IMG/VR virus record: IMGVR_UViG_3300047561_000302
Location: 1 to 63,122 of that record
Length of the DNA: 63,122 nt
Source of the DNA: a virus
Taxonomy: Duplodnaviria; Caudoviricetes
Strand: one strand, 5' to 3'
Shown here: in pieces, positions 1 to 11,082 of the stretch
Position numbering within the stretch: position 1 is the stretch's first letter
Layout: each line of letters starts with the position of its first letter
The notes under the pieces: model-generated
The model's input: the letters and a program-made list of their open reading frames with translations, nothing else
What the model was told of the DNA's origin: nothing
Database searches by the model: none
Translations under genes and position numbers: made by a program

Positions 1-30
1 CCCTTTGCCATAAATAACAATGACATCCAC
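1..30. repeat. Terminal overlap, copy 1 (circularisation signature)
   Basis: CCCTTTGCCATAAATAACAATGACATCCAC is 29/30 identical to 63093-63122. Confidence 0.95.
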
Positions 31-3000
31 TGGGTATGCTGCGCCTTGCTTCTTGTACAAATCACCAGCAACGGTGAAGTGATCTACTACGTTGTATTTT
101 TTATATAAATTAAAATAGAAGTTACGTTTTTGAGCGCCACGATAACCTTCCCGTCTTTTATCGCCTTCGCCCATAACACCGCCAACAATTAATACTGCAC
201 GGCCATCTGCTGGAAGTTCATTCAAACTGCGATACGCAATAGCGTGGTCAATTTCCCTGGTTTCAAAACCAAAGATTGTTACTTCTTTTCCAATGGCCCC
301 AAATGGAGGATTGGCAATTAATCGGTTATATCCAGTGGCAGTAAAATCTACTGCGTTTTTGTCAGTAATTTCTGCCTTAGGGAACAATCGTTTTAGCATC
401 TCAGAACGAGACGCATTAAGTTCGTTCACCCTAACATTGTTAGGGTTAGAATCAATTAACAACATTCCATTGCCAGCTGTAGGCTCGTAAACAGTACTAT
501 CTTTGTTAATACCCGCTAACTTAGATGCTACATAAGCCAGCGGAGCAGGGGTCGAATACGCTTGCTCTCTAACACTGGTAGATGAACGCACAGACAGATT
601 AGGCTGTTGGTTGTATAGATTTACCAGACCATCATAAGTTTCGCTCTCTGAACGGCCTTTATCAATGATCTTACGAGCAGCTAATACCACGCCAACTTCA
701 ATAGCCTCATCAGCTTCTTTAGCTTCAGCAGTGCCAGCCTCAATCTTTTTGCCTGTTTTTTCAGCAATAAACTTACGGGCTTCTAAAATATCCTTGAATG
801 AATTGCCAAACGCAAAGTGCTGGGCAATGTCTTCTGCAATCTTAAACTTAGTATCTGGGTCAAAAATGCTTTCTTCTTTGTCAAACTTGAAAGAATCAAT
901 GGCCTTCTCGTCATCCATTTCTTTAGTGAACTCAGATGCACGGGGGTCAAACTTCACTCCCATGTACCAAGACTTTAAGTATGGAATAACTTTATCGCCC
1001 AGATCATCAATCATTGCCTTGGCATAGGCTGAGAATGTACGAGCACCCTTCTCAATATGATAGCCAGATAAGGTAATGCCATCAATTAAGAACTCAGGGT
1101 CAATACCAGAGTTCAATTGGTTTAGTTTGGAACGCAGACGATTACGAGCTTTGGTAGCTAAATCATCTGTAAATATCTTATTAGGGGAAACCCTAACAGC
1201 CTCTTTTGCAACTGGCTGCTCTGGCATCTCAACTACTGTCTTTGGTTTCTCTGGCTGCAAGAAAGACTTGAGCTTTTGCATATCCTGTGATTCTACAAAT
1301 TGACTAAATGAGCTGCCATCTTTAATACCAGCTTCATTTGCCTCTTTAGATATAAATACTTTGCCTCTTTTTTGGTTTATTAACCCAGCTTTTTCTAATT
1401 TTTCCAACAATGGTTTAGTTGAATCCATGTATTCAAGACCATTGCCTCTATTAACAATTTGACCAGCAGCAGCTATTTCTTCTGGAGTAAAATCTTGTGG
1501 AATAATCTTACGTGCTGGTGCAACAGCTTGCTTTTCCTCTTGACGAGCTTGATTAATAGCAATCTGCTCTTCTTTGGTAGGCTTTGCTGCTACTGGGGAA
1601 ACCGCTGGCGCTGCAGTTATTTCTGGAGCAACAGCTGGTGCTTCAACTGGTACAGGTTCTTGTACAACTTCAGTAGGTGTAGGTGCGACTTCTGTTGGTT
1701 TTTTATTAAATTCCTCAAAAAACTTTATATCTTCTTTGAGTTTTTTAGAAATACTTGTAATTCTTCCAGGAGGTAAACCAGTTTGATCTGAATATTTTTC
1801 TGGATCAATAGCTAATTCTTCAGCAATTTTTGCTGCTTGTTCTGGATTTTCTTTAGCAAACTTAAATGCCGTAGACTCTGCAGCAGAAATGAAATCAATA
1901 CCAAGATTAAATTTTGGATTTCTTTTTTGAAGAATAGATGCAATTTCTTCTGCAAAATTAGATGTAGGATCTGCGGGTTTAGCAGTTGGCTGTACAACTG
2001 CTGGCGCTACAGCTGGAATTTGTTGAGCTACTGGTGGAATAGCTTGCTCTTCTGGGGCTTCTACCTCAGTCTCTGGAACAGCAGCTTCAGTAGGGGTTAC
2101 TGGCTCAGTAGGTAATCCTAAGGCTTCTTTAATCTGAATATAGGTCTGCTCTGGGCGCTGGCCTTTGGGTACATTTAAACCAAGTTCTTTAGCTAATGGA
2201 TTAACAGTTCTGCCAACCACAGGCACTTCAGCATTGTCCATCTGATCCAAGCGAACCTTAATACGCTGGGCAGTCTCAGGGTCTAGAGCTTGCGCTAAAG
2301 GTGTTGGAGTAGTTGGAGGAGTTGGAGCTACAGCTGGGGGCGGTGCTAATTCTGTTGGAGTAGCTGGCAATCCCTGAACAGTAACTTGTCCTTGCGGGGT
2401 AATTTGTGGAGCAGCTTGAGGCGCTACCTGAGGAGCTACTTGAGGAGCAACTTGACCTTCTGTAGGCGCTCTAAAACCAGCTACGGTTCCAGGAGCACCC
2501 TCACCCAGTGCGCCCAATACTAAGTTAGCAAAAGAATCTACGCCAAGCTCACGAACAACTGTCTTATCAATACCAAGGTCAGCTGCTACACCTTCGGCAA
2601 ATTCAGTAACGCCACCTTCAATAGTGCCAGCAGCAGTTCCTGAAACAATCTTTCCAAGGCGAGTCTTTGCGCTAGATAACAATGTGTTATTAAAAGCACC
2701 ATGCATTAACTTACTGGTAAATGCTCCACCTAAAGCGCCAACAGAACCTTGATACAGTGCAGCAGTATCAGATGCCTTGGTTTCTGTCATTAGACGGGCT
2801 GTCTTAGGGTCGTATCCGAGAACTATAAGGTTGGCATAGTAAGGACTATTCTTAGATAGCTCTTCATCAGACATCTTCTTGATGTGCTCACGAGCTTCTC
2901 CAACTGCCTCAGATCCAGCTTGACCGAATCCCATAGCTGCAGCTGGGCCTACCTTTTTAGTAACCGCAGCCGTTAAAAATGCTGGAAGCGCAGTACCAAA

Positions 3001-3666
3001 TACGTTAGCTGCATGACCAGTTAAACCCATAAATGAAGGGTTTGGCCCCATGCTAATGCTTGAAAAGTCACCAGTACGCATGGCTTCCAAAATGTTACCT
3101 GTTGGCTGTGATTCAGCCATAGCCAGCTTCATATCATCCGAAACAGTGTCACGGATGCCTTTAGAAATGGTATCGCCAAACTCTGTTAGCTGACGAAACT
3201 GGGGTATTTTTCCTTTTGCAATGACTTCATCCACAGCCAGACGTTGACTTTCATCAAACTTAGGGGGGATTATGTTCTTTGACTCTTCAAAGATTGGAGC
3301 TAGATTAATAGCTCCAGCCATCTTATTGGCTAACTTGCGTGGGTCGGCAAGGTATTCAAATACGTTTGCGCCTATATCTGTTGGGGCAAATAGAGTGCCT
3401 TTAGCGGTAGCGCCAAAACCAGATTCAATAGCTTCTGGAGCGCCTAATGTTCCAGTAACTGCACCAGCTGCAGTTAACTTGCCAATATCTTTAGTGGCAT
3501 CTACAACGCCATAGCCTGGACCAGTCTGGCCTATTGACCCCATCATCTGCTCTTCTGGGGAAAGAGTTGGTTCTGGAGGTATTAGGAATTGGGCAAACGG
3601 ATTTGCATCTGTTTGCGGGGCTTCAATAAATTTCGCAAACGGATTAACTTCAGGCTGTGTTGCCAT
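1..3666 (-). CDS. N-terminal part of giant polyvalent (DarB-like) internal virion protein, including N6-adenine methyltransferase domain; continues at 63092-55509
   Basis: Not in ORF track because it runs off the edge. ATG at 3666 with GGAG RBS (MATQPEVNPFAKF...). Spot-translated segments in this frame give QAYSTPAP, VYEPTAGNG (motif I), IANPPF (motif IV) and end ...PVDVIVIYGKG, matching VDVIVINGKG at the start of the 55509..63122 ORF. Confidence 0.88.
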   Translation of the reverse strand, partial: MATQPEVNPFAKFIEAPQTDANPFAQFLIPPEPTLSPEEQMMGSIGQTGPGYGVVDATKDIGKLTAAGAVTGTLGAPEAIESGFGATAKGTLFAPTDIGANVFEYLADPRKLANKMAGAINLAPIFEESKNIIPPKFDESQRLAVDEVIAKGKIPQFRQLTEFGDTISKGIRDTVSDDMKLAMAESQPTGNILEAMRTGDFSSISMGPNPSFMGLTGHAANVFGTALPAFLTAAVTKKVGPAAAMGFGQAGSEAVGEAREHIKKMSDEELSKNSPYYANLIVLGYDPKTARLMTETKASDTAALYQGSVGALGGAFTSKLMHGAFNNTLLSSAKTRLGKIVSGTAAGTIEGGVTEFAEGVAADLGIDKTVVRELGVDSFANLVLGALGEGAPGTVAGFRAPTEGQVAPQVAPQVAPQAAPQITPQGQVTVQGLPATPTELAPPPAVAPTPPTTPTPLAQALDPETAQRIKVRLDQMDNAEVPVVGRTVNPLAKELGLNVPKGQRPEQTYIQIKEALGLPTEPVTPTEAAVPETEVEAPEEQAIPPVAQQIPAVAPAVVQPTAKPADPTSNFAEEIASILQKRNPKFNLGIDFISAAESTAFKFAKENPEQAAKIAEELAIDPEKYSDQTGLPPGRITSISKKLKEDIKFFEEFNKKPTEVAPTPTEVVQEPVPVEAPAVAPEITAAPAVSPVAAKPTKEEQIAINQARQEEKQAVAPARKIIPQDFTPEEIAAAGQIVNRGNGLEYMDSTKPLLEKLEKAGLINQKRGKVFISKEANEAGIKDGSSFSQFVESQDMQKLKSFLQPEKPKTVVEMPEQPVAKEAVRVSPNKIFTDDLATKARNRLRSKLNQLNSGIDPEFLIDGITLSGYHIEKGARTFSAYAKAMIDDLGDKVIPYLKSWYMGVKFDPRASEFTKEMDDEKAIDSFKFDKEESIFDPDTKFKIAEDIAQHFAFGNSFKDILEARKFIAEKTGKKIEAGTAEAKEADEAIEVGVVLAARKIIDKGRSESETYDGLVNLYNQQPNLSVRSSTSVREQAYSTPAPLAYVASKLAGINKDSTVYEPTAGNGMLLIDSNPNNVRVNELNASRSEMLKRLFPKAEITDKNAVDFTATGYNRLIANPPFGAIGKEVTIFGFETREIDHAIAYRSLNELPADGRAVLIVGGVMGEGDKRREGYRGAQKRNFYFNLYKKYNVVDHFTVAGDLYKKQGAAYPVDVIVIYGKG
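426..448. promoter_or_regulatory. Palindromic site TCACCCTAACA-W-TGTT..., copy A (intragenic)
   Basis: TCACCCTAACATTGTTAGGGTTA; perfect 9+1+9 inverted repeat at 428-446. Confidence 0.65.
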
Positions 3667-3680
3667 TTATACTCCAGTAT

Positions 3681-5864
3681 TTATTTGCCTAATGCTTTTT
3701 TAGCAGCACCTGGTCCAAATATAGCATCAAACTGCGCCCTAGTTGCTGGACTGTCTTTTAATTTTAACATATCAATAGCAGCTGCAGGAGGCACTTTATT
3801 AGCTGGAGATCCAACTACAGGAGCCACAGCAGGAGCAGGAGCTGTTGATTCTGATGCAGTAGCAGCATACGTTTTTGGATCAGGCAATTTCAATGAATCC
3901 CGAACATCAGGAGGTGTTTTGTTATAAATATTCTTATAAGCGTCAACATCCAATTTATCTGGGTTTTGCTCATAATCAAAAGTTTTGCTCTTTTGATTCA
4001 TAAGATTATTCTTTTCAGCACCAACTCGAAGCTGGAAGTTATTCCAGTTCTTGTTGTATTCAGTGTTAGCCCTTGTTGCTGCAGTAGCAGCCCCTGTAGC
4101 ACCAACATTTTTGAGACCAATCTCACGGGTATCCATTTGGCCTTGAGCAGCAATTAAGGAGTTTAAATTACCAGTATCACGGGCATACTTAGCTTTTTCA
4201 GCTTCTACACCTTGTGATAATAACAATTTACGATCCGCAGCATTTTCAGCATTAGAACGCATATAGTCTTTCATTCCCTCTAAACCACCCAAACCTAAGT
4301 TTGTAGCGCCATATTGCGATGTTCCAGCCATGGTTCCAAGGCCAGCCATAGCAAGAGCTTGCCAAGGTGACTGCGCTTTGCGCTCTTCCATATCTTGTCT
4401 AATTGCTGCAGCTGCTTCATCTGATTTTGCAAATGGATTAGCTGTTTCTTGGGCAGCTAATCTTTCTTTAATTAACTCCCTATAATCCATTACGTCATCT
4501 GGTTTTCTTGTTTTGACTACACTTCCTGTTGGACCAGCAAAAGCTACGATGCCACCGCCAGCAGCTTGAAACATATCGCCAGAAGGTACTGTATCTAAAC
4601 CACCGCCCATAATCTTAGATGCCTGTGGGTTATTTTCCATACGAGCATGAAGCATTAACTGCTCTTCAATTGCCGATAATTCCATTGGGCTAAGAGTAGG
4701 GTTATCTAATAACTTAGTTAATTGCTCGGTAGACATCATAGAAATGTCACCACCAGTTTTGTAACTAATTTGGCCACCTTCGGCATAGCCTTCGCCTACC
4801 ATACCGCCCTTAGCCCTAAATCCACCGCCCATACCATACAAACCTAAACCAGTTGCTCCTAAACCAGCAGCCTGTGAATATCCACTAGGAGGCGCTGTGT
4901 ACATAGTCTGTGCTGATTGCGACATTGGTAAGCCACGCAACATATCTGATTGGAAAGCCAATTGCTGATATGGGTAATTTTTCTGTTTAAGAAAGTCTTG
5001 ATAGTTAACATCCAGACCTTGTTGTTGTTGTGCTTGTTGCAATGCACCAGCTTGTTGTTGGGCTTGATTAATGCCCATCTGTTGGCCATACTGAGTTTGG
5101 CCTAATTGACCTAATGTAGCTGCTGCTTGATTAGCGCCACTGTAGCCAGCTTGTGCAGCATTAATTCCTTGTAATCCTGTGTTAGCACCTTGTATTCCAG
5201 TTTGAAGTCCTTGTAAGCCAAGGTTAGCGCCAAACTGTTGAGCTTGTTGAGCTTGTTTAAAAGCATCCGTATAGCCCTGTCCAATAGCTTGTTGACCAGC
5301 TAAAGCATAGTTTTGAGCATTTAAGCCTTGAGCCAAGGTAGCACGGTTACCACCAAAAGCGCCTTGACCTGAAGCCTTAGCAGAGATGCCTTGACCTTGA
5401 AGAGCTTGTTGCTGGTTTAATAATTGAAGCTGTGGGTTTAAAGCTTGCTGAATGTACGGATTCATGTACTTCTGCATTTGTGCAGGGTCAGTAGCCATGT
5501 TTTGGTAATTAGCACCAGCTTGCGTAGCTTGTTGACCATATCCAGAACCTTGCTGGCCATAACCCATTGCAGCACCAGTAGTACCAAGAAATCCTTGACC
5601 AGCCTGACCAGACATATCTGTAGCTTGCCCAAGTTGAGGAGCAATCTGCATATTGCCAATATTAGTCATGGCTTGGGTTTGCATTGGGGTAAACCCTGCA
5701 ATGCGCTGCCCATCATAATTCTGATATGGGTTTTGATTAATGTCAGTTAATGCTGCTGTTTGGCCAAGCATATTCTCTACATATGGCTGTGCATATGAAG
5801 GTATCGAAGTATTATTCGTTACCTGTTGTGATGGCGCTGGTTGACTGTTCGAGCCTTTACCCAT
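3681..5864 (-). CDS. Internal virion / DNA ejection (pilot-like) protein
   Basis: 727 aa, Q/G/A-rich, MGKGS start; lies between tail genes and the giant protein. Confidence 0.65.
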   Translation of the reverse strand: MGKGSNSQPAPSQQVTNNTSIPSYAQPYVENMLGQTAALTDINQNPYQNYDGQRIAGFTPMQTQAMTNIGNMQIAPQLGQATDMSGQAGQGFLGTTGAAMGYGQQGSGYGQQATQAGANYQNMATDPAQMQKYMNPYIQQALNPQLQLLNQQQALQGQGISAKASGQGAFGGNRATLAQGLNAQNYALAGQQAIGQGYTDAFKQAQQAQQFGANLGLQGLQTGIQGANTGLQGINAAQAGYSGANQAAATLGQLGQTQYGQQMGINQAQQQAGALQQAQQQQGLDVNYQDFLKQKNYPYQQLAFQSDMLRGLPMSQSAQTMYTAPPSGYSQAAGLGATGLGLYGMGGGFRAKGGMVGEGYAEGGQISYKTGGDISMMSTEQLTKLLDNPTLSPMELSAIEEQLMLHARMENNPQASKIMGGGLDTVPSGDMFQAAGGGIVAFAGPTGSVVKTRKPDDVMDYRELIKERLAAQETANPFAKSDEAAAAIRQDMEERKAQSPWQALAMAGLGTMAGTSQYGATNLGLGGLEGMKDYMRSNAENAADRKLLLSQGVEAEKAKYARDTGNLNSLIAAQGQMDTREIGLKNVGATGAATAATRANTEYNKNWNNFQLRVGAEKNNLMNQKSKTFDYEQNPDKLDVDAYKNIYNKTPPDVRDSLKLPDPKTYAATASESTAPAPAVAPVVGSPANKVPPAAAIDMLKLKDSPATRAQFDAIFGPGAAKKALGK

Positions 5865-5866
5865 AT

Positions 5867-6286
5867 TTATTCTCCAATTGGTAATTCATAGGTTACCCAT
5901 AAAGCCTTGTAACCATCTTGTTCAAATACTTTTCCCCAGCCAGGTCTCCCGACTGATTCTATTCCGTCACATCCCATGTCTCTTCCAAATTTTTGGAGTA
6001 ACTTCAACATGGGGTCTTTCCATTCTTTTAACTCTATCCCACCACAAAAATGCATACTGAGCAGTTTTCTTTGTGGGTAAGTTACTATCTCTGTTACTAC
6101 TAAACCTTTAAATGTACCTTCATCATAAGCAACCCACAGCTGATAATTATCATCTTTAACACGGTCATAAATATTATTAGCCGTATATCTTCCGTAGGTA
6201 TATTTTGCTGCTTTCTCTGCAAAAGGTTCTATTTTATCCCAGCAAGTATCTACATACGCTGGGGGAATCATAGAAACTTCTATCAT
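5867..6286 (-). CDS. Putative GNAT-like protein of the ejection-protein cluster
   Basis: 139 aa; GCDGIESVGRPGWGKV pattern; position typical of podovirus core-assembly acetyltransferase-like genes. Confidence 0.5.
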   Translation of the reverse strand: MIEVSMIPPAYVDTCWDKIEPFAEKAAKYTYGRYTANNIYDRVKDDNYQLWVAYDEGTFKGLVVTEIVTYPQRKLLSMHFCGGIELKEWKDPMLKLLQKFGRDMGCDGIESVGRPGWGKVFEQDGYKALWVTYELPIGE

Positions 6287-8280
6287 GTTGGTAAGTATTT
6301 CTCCGATTTAATCTGTTTACCTTGTTTCTTTGTTCCTACACGAGCTTCACGAACCTTATCCATCATGGCATAAAGCTTCTTAGCTCCAGCATCGGTAGAA
6401 CCATTTCCTAGGTGACTGACAACATCAGCAGGAACAACAAATTCACCATCAGCCAATCTTGCAGGTTGTTTGTGGCCGATAGAAGCAGGAATATTGTCGG
6501 ACATACCATCTCCAGGACCTTTCAATAAACGACCACCATCTGAATATCCACCTAAACCATAAGGCATCAATCCACCCTTTGCGCCACCGCCACCCATATC
6601 CATATTGTTTGCAACTGGAGGAGGAGGGGGTGCATTAAAGTTTAATGGGGCACTTTGAACAACTGGTGTATAGCTCTTAGTAGCTGCGTTATAGGTGTAC
6701 TGTGGAAGACCAGAATTAGCCAAAGGAGACGTAGGCCCACTCATTGGAGTAGCACCTTGGCCTAAGAATGGGTCTTGACCTTTGGGTTTATATCCAGTTT
6801 TAGCTAATTCACCGCCAGTAAACTGTTGAAAATACTGAGCCATCTCAGGGGTTACTGGGCCATTAATTTTATTAGCCCATTGGCCTACTTCATCTTTTCC
6901 TGGCTGTCTACCTAAGTAATACTGATATAGCCCATTAATATCTTGGCTAACAGGTTCGGGTGGGGGTGTTGGAGTAGTTGGAGGAGGCATCAAAGCTTGG
7001 CGCTGAGAAGCTGGCATCAATGCGGATGGCATTGGGTTATTTAAATATTCTTCGGTTGCACGGCTAGATAACATCTTGTTATAGTCCTGAACCGCTTGTG
7101 ATGTAGGAATATAGCCAGAATCCGCTGATCCACCTGAAGCCATACGGCTTATATCACCACTATAAGGAGCTGTTTTTGTATCATAATCAGCGCCTATTAC
7201 TTCTGCGCTAGTTGGCATTTGGCTTGGAACAGCATAAACAGAACGGTCTAAGTAAGCCTGTGGATAAGTACCTTCCCCAGCATTAGCTTGGCTCATTCTT
7301 TCAACAGGCCCACCAATGGCCATTAAACCGCCTTGGGCAGCTTTATAAGTAGGTTGAGCTGTATAGGTTTGATTATAGTAATTTTGGCCAGGCTGTCCAT
7401 ATAACGGGTTACGGGTCTGGGAATATGTATAAGGTCTTATATAAGACGTAGATGCAGGAGTCTGAATTTTAGGCTGGCTAGAACCAGCCAATAATGTAAG
7501 TCCTGCAACACCGCCTAATCCTGTAGCTAATTTTTGGCCTGGGGTAAGACTGGACCACCATGATTTTTCTACACCTGGGGGCGTAGTAGTGGGGCTTGGA
7601 TTATATGGGGCAGTACCAGCAACTTGATTTGGTACTCCATTGATAGAACCAGCATATCCAGCAGCATCTTCAGCTGTAGTAACAGTGTTATTAAATGCAT
7701 TAGGATTAATAACTGGGGCTACAGGAGGAGGAGGGGCTGCAGGGGCAGGAGTTGTAATAACTGGTGCTGTTGCTCCTGGAATGGTAGGGGCTGTAACACT
7801 TGGAGCTGCAGCTAAGTCTAATGCTGGTACGGCTGTTTGTACGTTAGAAGTAGGAGCGCCCATGCCAAAACCTTGCATAGCACCAGCGGTAGCACCACCA
7901 ATAAGTCCTGAGCGCAATGTTTGACCAAGATCTACCTTACCGCTACCCAATAATTGACCAGCTGCGCTTACGCCACCAGACAATAGACCCATGCCTACAC
8001 CAGTTGCTAAAGCGCCTTCTCCTAAGCCTAATCCACCGCCAATAAAGGGGGCTACTTCTGGGGCCAAGAACATCATTGCGCCAGCTGCTGCTACAGGAAG
8101 AACGTCCTCAAGGAAGCCAGCTTCGGGTAAACCCGTATGCGGATTGATGGTTAAAGAACCACCTTTGGCTTTAGCTAGGGCTTGTAAACCCTGTAATTCA
8201 TTGTTGGAAACGTGCATAAGCCGTGAGTCATTGCCTCGGCCTTGGGTTTGCAAATATTGGGCTGCTTCTTTTAGGCTCAT
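6283..8280 (-). CDS. Internal virion protein
   Basis: 665 aa; GRGNDSRLMHV and GSLTINPHTGLPEA N-terminus, hydrophobic G/A segments, GPGDGMSDNIPA...ARLADGEFVVPADVV C-terminus. Confidence 0.65.
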   Translation of the reverse strand: MSLKEAAQYLQTQGRGNDSRLMHVSNNELQGLQALAKAKGGSLTINPHTGLPEAGFLEDVLPVAAAGAMMFLAPEVAPFIGGGLGLGEGALATGVGMGLLSGGVSAAGQLLGSGKVDLGQTLRSGLIGGATAGAMQGFGMGAPTSNVQTAVPALDLAAAPSVTAPTIPGATAPVITTPAPAAPPPPVAPVINPNAFNNTVTTAEDAAGYAGSINGVPNQVAGTAPYNPSPTTTPPGVEKSWWSSLTPGQKLATGLGGVAGLTLLAGSSQPKIQTPASTSYIRPYTYSQTRNPLYGQPGQNYYNQTYTAQPTYKAAQGGLMAIGGPVERMSQANAGEGTYPQAYLDRSVYAVPSQMPTSAEVIGADYDTKTAPYSGDISRMASGGSADSGYIPTSQAVQDYNKMLSSRATEEYLNNPMPSALMPASQRQALMPPPTTPTPPPEPVSQDINGLYQYYLGRQPGKDEVGQWANKINGPVTPEMAQYFQQFTGGELAKTGYKPKGQDPFLGQGATPMSGPTSPLANSGLPQYTYNAATKSYTPVVQSAPLNFNAPPPPPVANNMDMGGGGAKGGLMPYGLGGYSDGGRLLKGPGDGMSDNIPASIGHKQPARLADGEFVVPADVVSHLGNGSTDAGAKKLYAMMDKVREARVGTKKQGKQIKSEKYLPT

Positions 8281-8318
8281 TTCTGCCTCACAGGGTTAAT
8301 TTTATTGAAGTTTATCAT

Positions 8319-8627
8319 TTAAACCTTAACTTTCAAAACGTTTGAAGCAGATGTATCAACATATACATCACCCACCCGTAATTGAGCAAGTTCAGTTTGG
8401 GTCGGTATACTTAAAACCCTAACATTAGTAGCGTTAGATTGGCTAAAATTAAGGGCTGCTGCAACGACCTTACCGCCATTTCTTTGGGTAGACATGGCAG
8501 ATGGGCCAGCATTATCTAGCTGGGCAAAATAAAGCCGTAAGACGTTATTAAGCTGGTCTTGGTATTGCTGGCTGTAATCTACAGGAGCAATTGGTAAGTT
8601 AGGGGATTTAGTAGTGCCCGTACTCAT
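8319..8627 (-). CDS. Hypothetical virion protein
   Basis: 102-aa ORF coupled (ATGA) to the upstream tail gene. Confidence 0.6.
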   Translation of the reverse strand: MSTGTTKSPNLPIAPVDYSQQYQDQLNNVLRLYFAQLDNAGPSAMSTQRNGGKVVAAALNFSQSNATNVRVLSIPTQTELAQLRVGDVYVDTSASNVLKVKV

Positions 8628-11080
8628 CTGCGACCATCGTTTTTAATGTCAATACGTGGGCTACCTAACTGCCAAGCTACCCCTAAATTTTCTGAACTAA
8701 TCCTAAACGCCATTTGACGGCCTCTTAAACGGGTAAATACTTGGCCCGTAAACTGCTGAATGGTGTATTCAGGATACCTAACATAGTTATCAGCACTAGT
8801 TACTACTGGTATATCCGATTCTCCATAAGAAGAACCGCTGTTTTGGCGTGGCAATAGGGTCATTGTAACGCTAGGTTGATTTACGTTTGAGCCGTTAAAG
8901 TTTACGTCAGGAAGCATCCTCCAAACATATCCAAAGTTATGACCATCACCAATGTCAAAGTCAGAAGACTGAACATAGGAAGAAATAGGAAGGGTAGATG
9001 CCCCAGAAGCATCATCTGTACCAACTTCGTGGTAAATAACACGACCTAATGGGTTTCCTACGTCATCAACGCCATTCATAAATGTACCCATTGGGTTTTG
9101 ACGAATACCAGAATCAAGCCATGCAGTACGGTTAAGTGACCCGTAATACCAGACACGCTCTAGATAGTTATATATTACGTACTTATCAATGACTGGGTGT
9201 GAATTTCCTTGGCTTCCTGATTGGGATACATAGAACCACCATACTTCGTTGTAGCCCTCATTACCGCCACAGGTTACTTGGAACGCTTGGTCTTTGTTAA
9301 TATCCGCAAAGATGTATTGACGCAGTGCACAAGGAAGTGTTTCTACACGACCTGAATAAATATAGAACTTATCTGTACCCATCCAATAAGTAACATTGTT
9401 AATGGTAATAGCAGAATTTGGAGACATCACAGAGATGTTATCCATTAGGATATTGAATCCCCAAACATAAGGGGGTCCTAAATACTGCATAGAGTAGATA
9501 GCCGAATCAGTCCAAACCAAAATCTCTTGACGGGTCGATTTGGCGTTCATAATGTATGAACCGTTAGATAAACGGAACTCACCAGACTGGTTGGTTACTG
9601 AAGGCACCCAGTCGTAAGGGTTTTCTTGGTCTGACCAGCGAACCAACATAGGATCAAATACTGTATTTGCATCCCCAGAAAGATAAGAATTAGCACCAAA
9701 CGCAATTATAAATCGTTGAATTGCAGATGCAATAACAAGGTTTGTGCTATTTGGAACATAGTCACCACTAAAGCTTTTATCAGTAGATAAAACAGACAGA
9801 TATTCAGCACGATTTCCTACTCCATTATCTGCTGTCCAATAGAAAATAGGGCCACCACGAGGGGCAATAACAAGGTCTTGGCCATAGTTATCATTAGACC
9901 AAAGGCGTAATTGTTGACCAACACCAGCACCCGTATAAGCAACGCCCCATCCTTGGCTTCCTGATTGTTCAAGAACACCTACAGAAGATCCGCCACCAGT
10001 AGCATTAGATGTGGCAGTCGTATTTGGTAATGTAATTTTATAACTATTAGTAGCTGCATTTGCAATCTGGAAAGCTGAATTTAAAACAACTGCTGGTACA
10101 TTTCCAACCGCAGTAGCGCCAGAAAAGACTACATACGCTCCATTAGCTAGGCCATGAGCAGTTTGGGTTACTGTAACTACGTTACTGCTATTGTTAATAG
10201 TAAATGGATTAGCGCTTAAAGTAGCCGTAACACTGGTCACAGTACCTCCCCAAGGACCTGCGCCCCAGCCAGTACCTAAAGAATACACATCCAAACCAAC
10301 TGGATATTCATATTGAACCGTAACGTTGGCTACATTGGTAACGGAAGAAGTAGCGAAAGAAACGTTGGCAAGACTGTTATCAGAAGTAGATGCTAAGATA
10401 AAATCTAATCCTGGAGAGTATTTAAATACTTGGTGTTCTCCATTAATAACAGTGTTAGCTATACCGCCAACAGAAGAAATAGAACAATTTGAAAAAATAA
10501 CAAAGTCTTTATCATTGGCATCATTGTTAGTATCACGCCATAAAAAATAAGCGCTGGATATGTTTGATCCAGCCGTATGAGATGCGGCAGTTGTATTGGC
10601 ATAACCACGAATACAGCTTGAAGCTATGTTTGCCGATAAAGTATTGTAATAAATAATCTCTGAGCCAATTTTTACTATGCCAGCTTGCGTTGGAAAATTA
10701 GTAGCATTAGCCAATGAGAATGTTGTTACATTGGCATTAATAGTACTTATTAACGTAGTAAATCCAGTTGAAAGCGCATTTGTATAATTACTAGAAGTAA
10801 CAATAGGGGTAATGTCGTAATAAGTACCACCGTTTTCAATGTAGTACTTTAAGTTAGTTCCAAGACCCAATAAGTTAGAGCCATTTAAAGTAGCCCAATT
10901 CCATAATGAACGGCATACTCCCAAAAAATTAGATGCACTTAAACGTATCCAACCGCCAATCTTTTCTGGAAAGCCAGAACGAAATCGTATTTTGTCACCA
11001 TCATAGAAGCCACCCTCATTAGAGTAGTTAGTACCTTCTCGGTTTAATCCTGGGCGCAGTTGCAATTTTTGGAGTGGCAT
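8624..11080 (-). CDS. Tail tube / DNA stabilisation protein (P22 gp10 / T7 gp12-like)
   Basis: 818 aa, beta-rich; DPMLVRWSDQEN and NEVWWFY motifs; position. Confidence 0.7.
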   Translation of the reverse strand: MPLQKLQLRPGLNREGTNYSNEGGFYDGDKIRFRSGFPEKIGGWIRLSASNFLGVCRSLWNWATLNGSNLLGLGTNLKYYIENGGTYYDITPIVTSSNYTNALSTGFTTLISTINANVTTFSLANATNFPTQAGIVKIGSEIIYYNTLSANIASSCIRGYANTTAASHTAGSNISSAYFLWRDTNNDANDKDFVIFSNCSISSVGGIANTVINGEHQVFKYSPGLDFILASTSDNSLANVSFATSSVTNVANVTVQYEYPVGLDVYSLGTGWGAGPWGGTVTSVTATLSANPFTINNSSNVVTVTQTAHGLANGAYVVFSGATAVGNVPAVVLNSAFQIANAATNSYKITLPNTTATSNATGGGSSVGVLEQSGSQGWGVAYTGAGVGQQLRLWSNDNYGQDLVIAPRGGPIFYWTADNGVGNRAEYLSVLSTDKSFSGDYVPNSTNLVIASAIQRFIIAFGANSYLSGDANTVFDPMLVRWSDQENPYDWVPSVTNQSGEFRLSNGSYIMNAKSTRQEILVWTDSAIYSMQYLGPPYVWGFNILMDNISVMSPNSAITINNVTYWMGTDKFYIYSGRVETLPCALRQYIFADINKDQAFQVTCGGNEGYNEVWWFYVSQSGSQGNSHPVIDKYVIYNYLERVWYYGSLNRTAWLDSGIRQNPMGTFMNGVDDVGNPLGRVIYHEVGTDDASGASTLPISSYVQSSDFDIGDGHNFGYVWRMLPDVNFNGSNVNQPSVTMTLLPRQNSGSSYGESDIPVVTSADNYVRYPEYTIQQFTGQVFTRLRGRQMAFRISSENLGVAWQLGSPRIDIKNDGRR

Positions 11081-11082
11081 AT

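Noticed and set aside
293-3927. Plus-strand ORFs in the track (293, 665, 1076, 1459, 1574, 1837, 3272, 3589)
   Set aside because: Antisense shadows of the giant minus-strand gene and its neighbour; no recognisable motifs.
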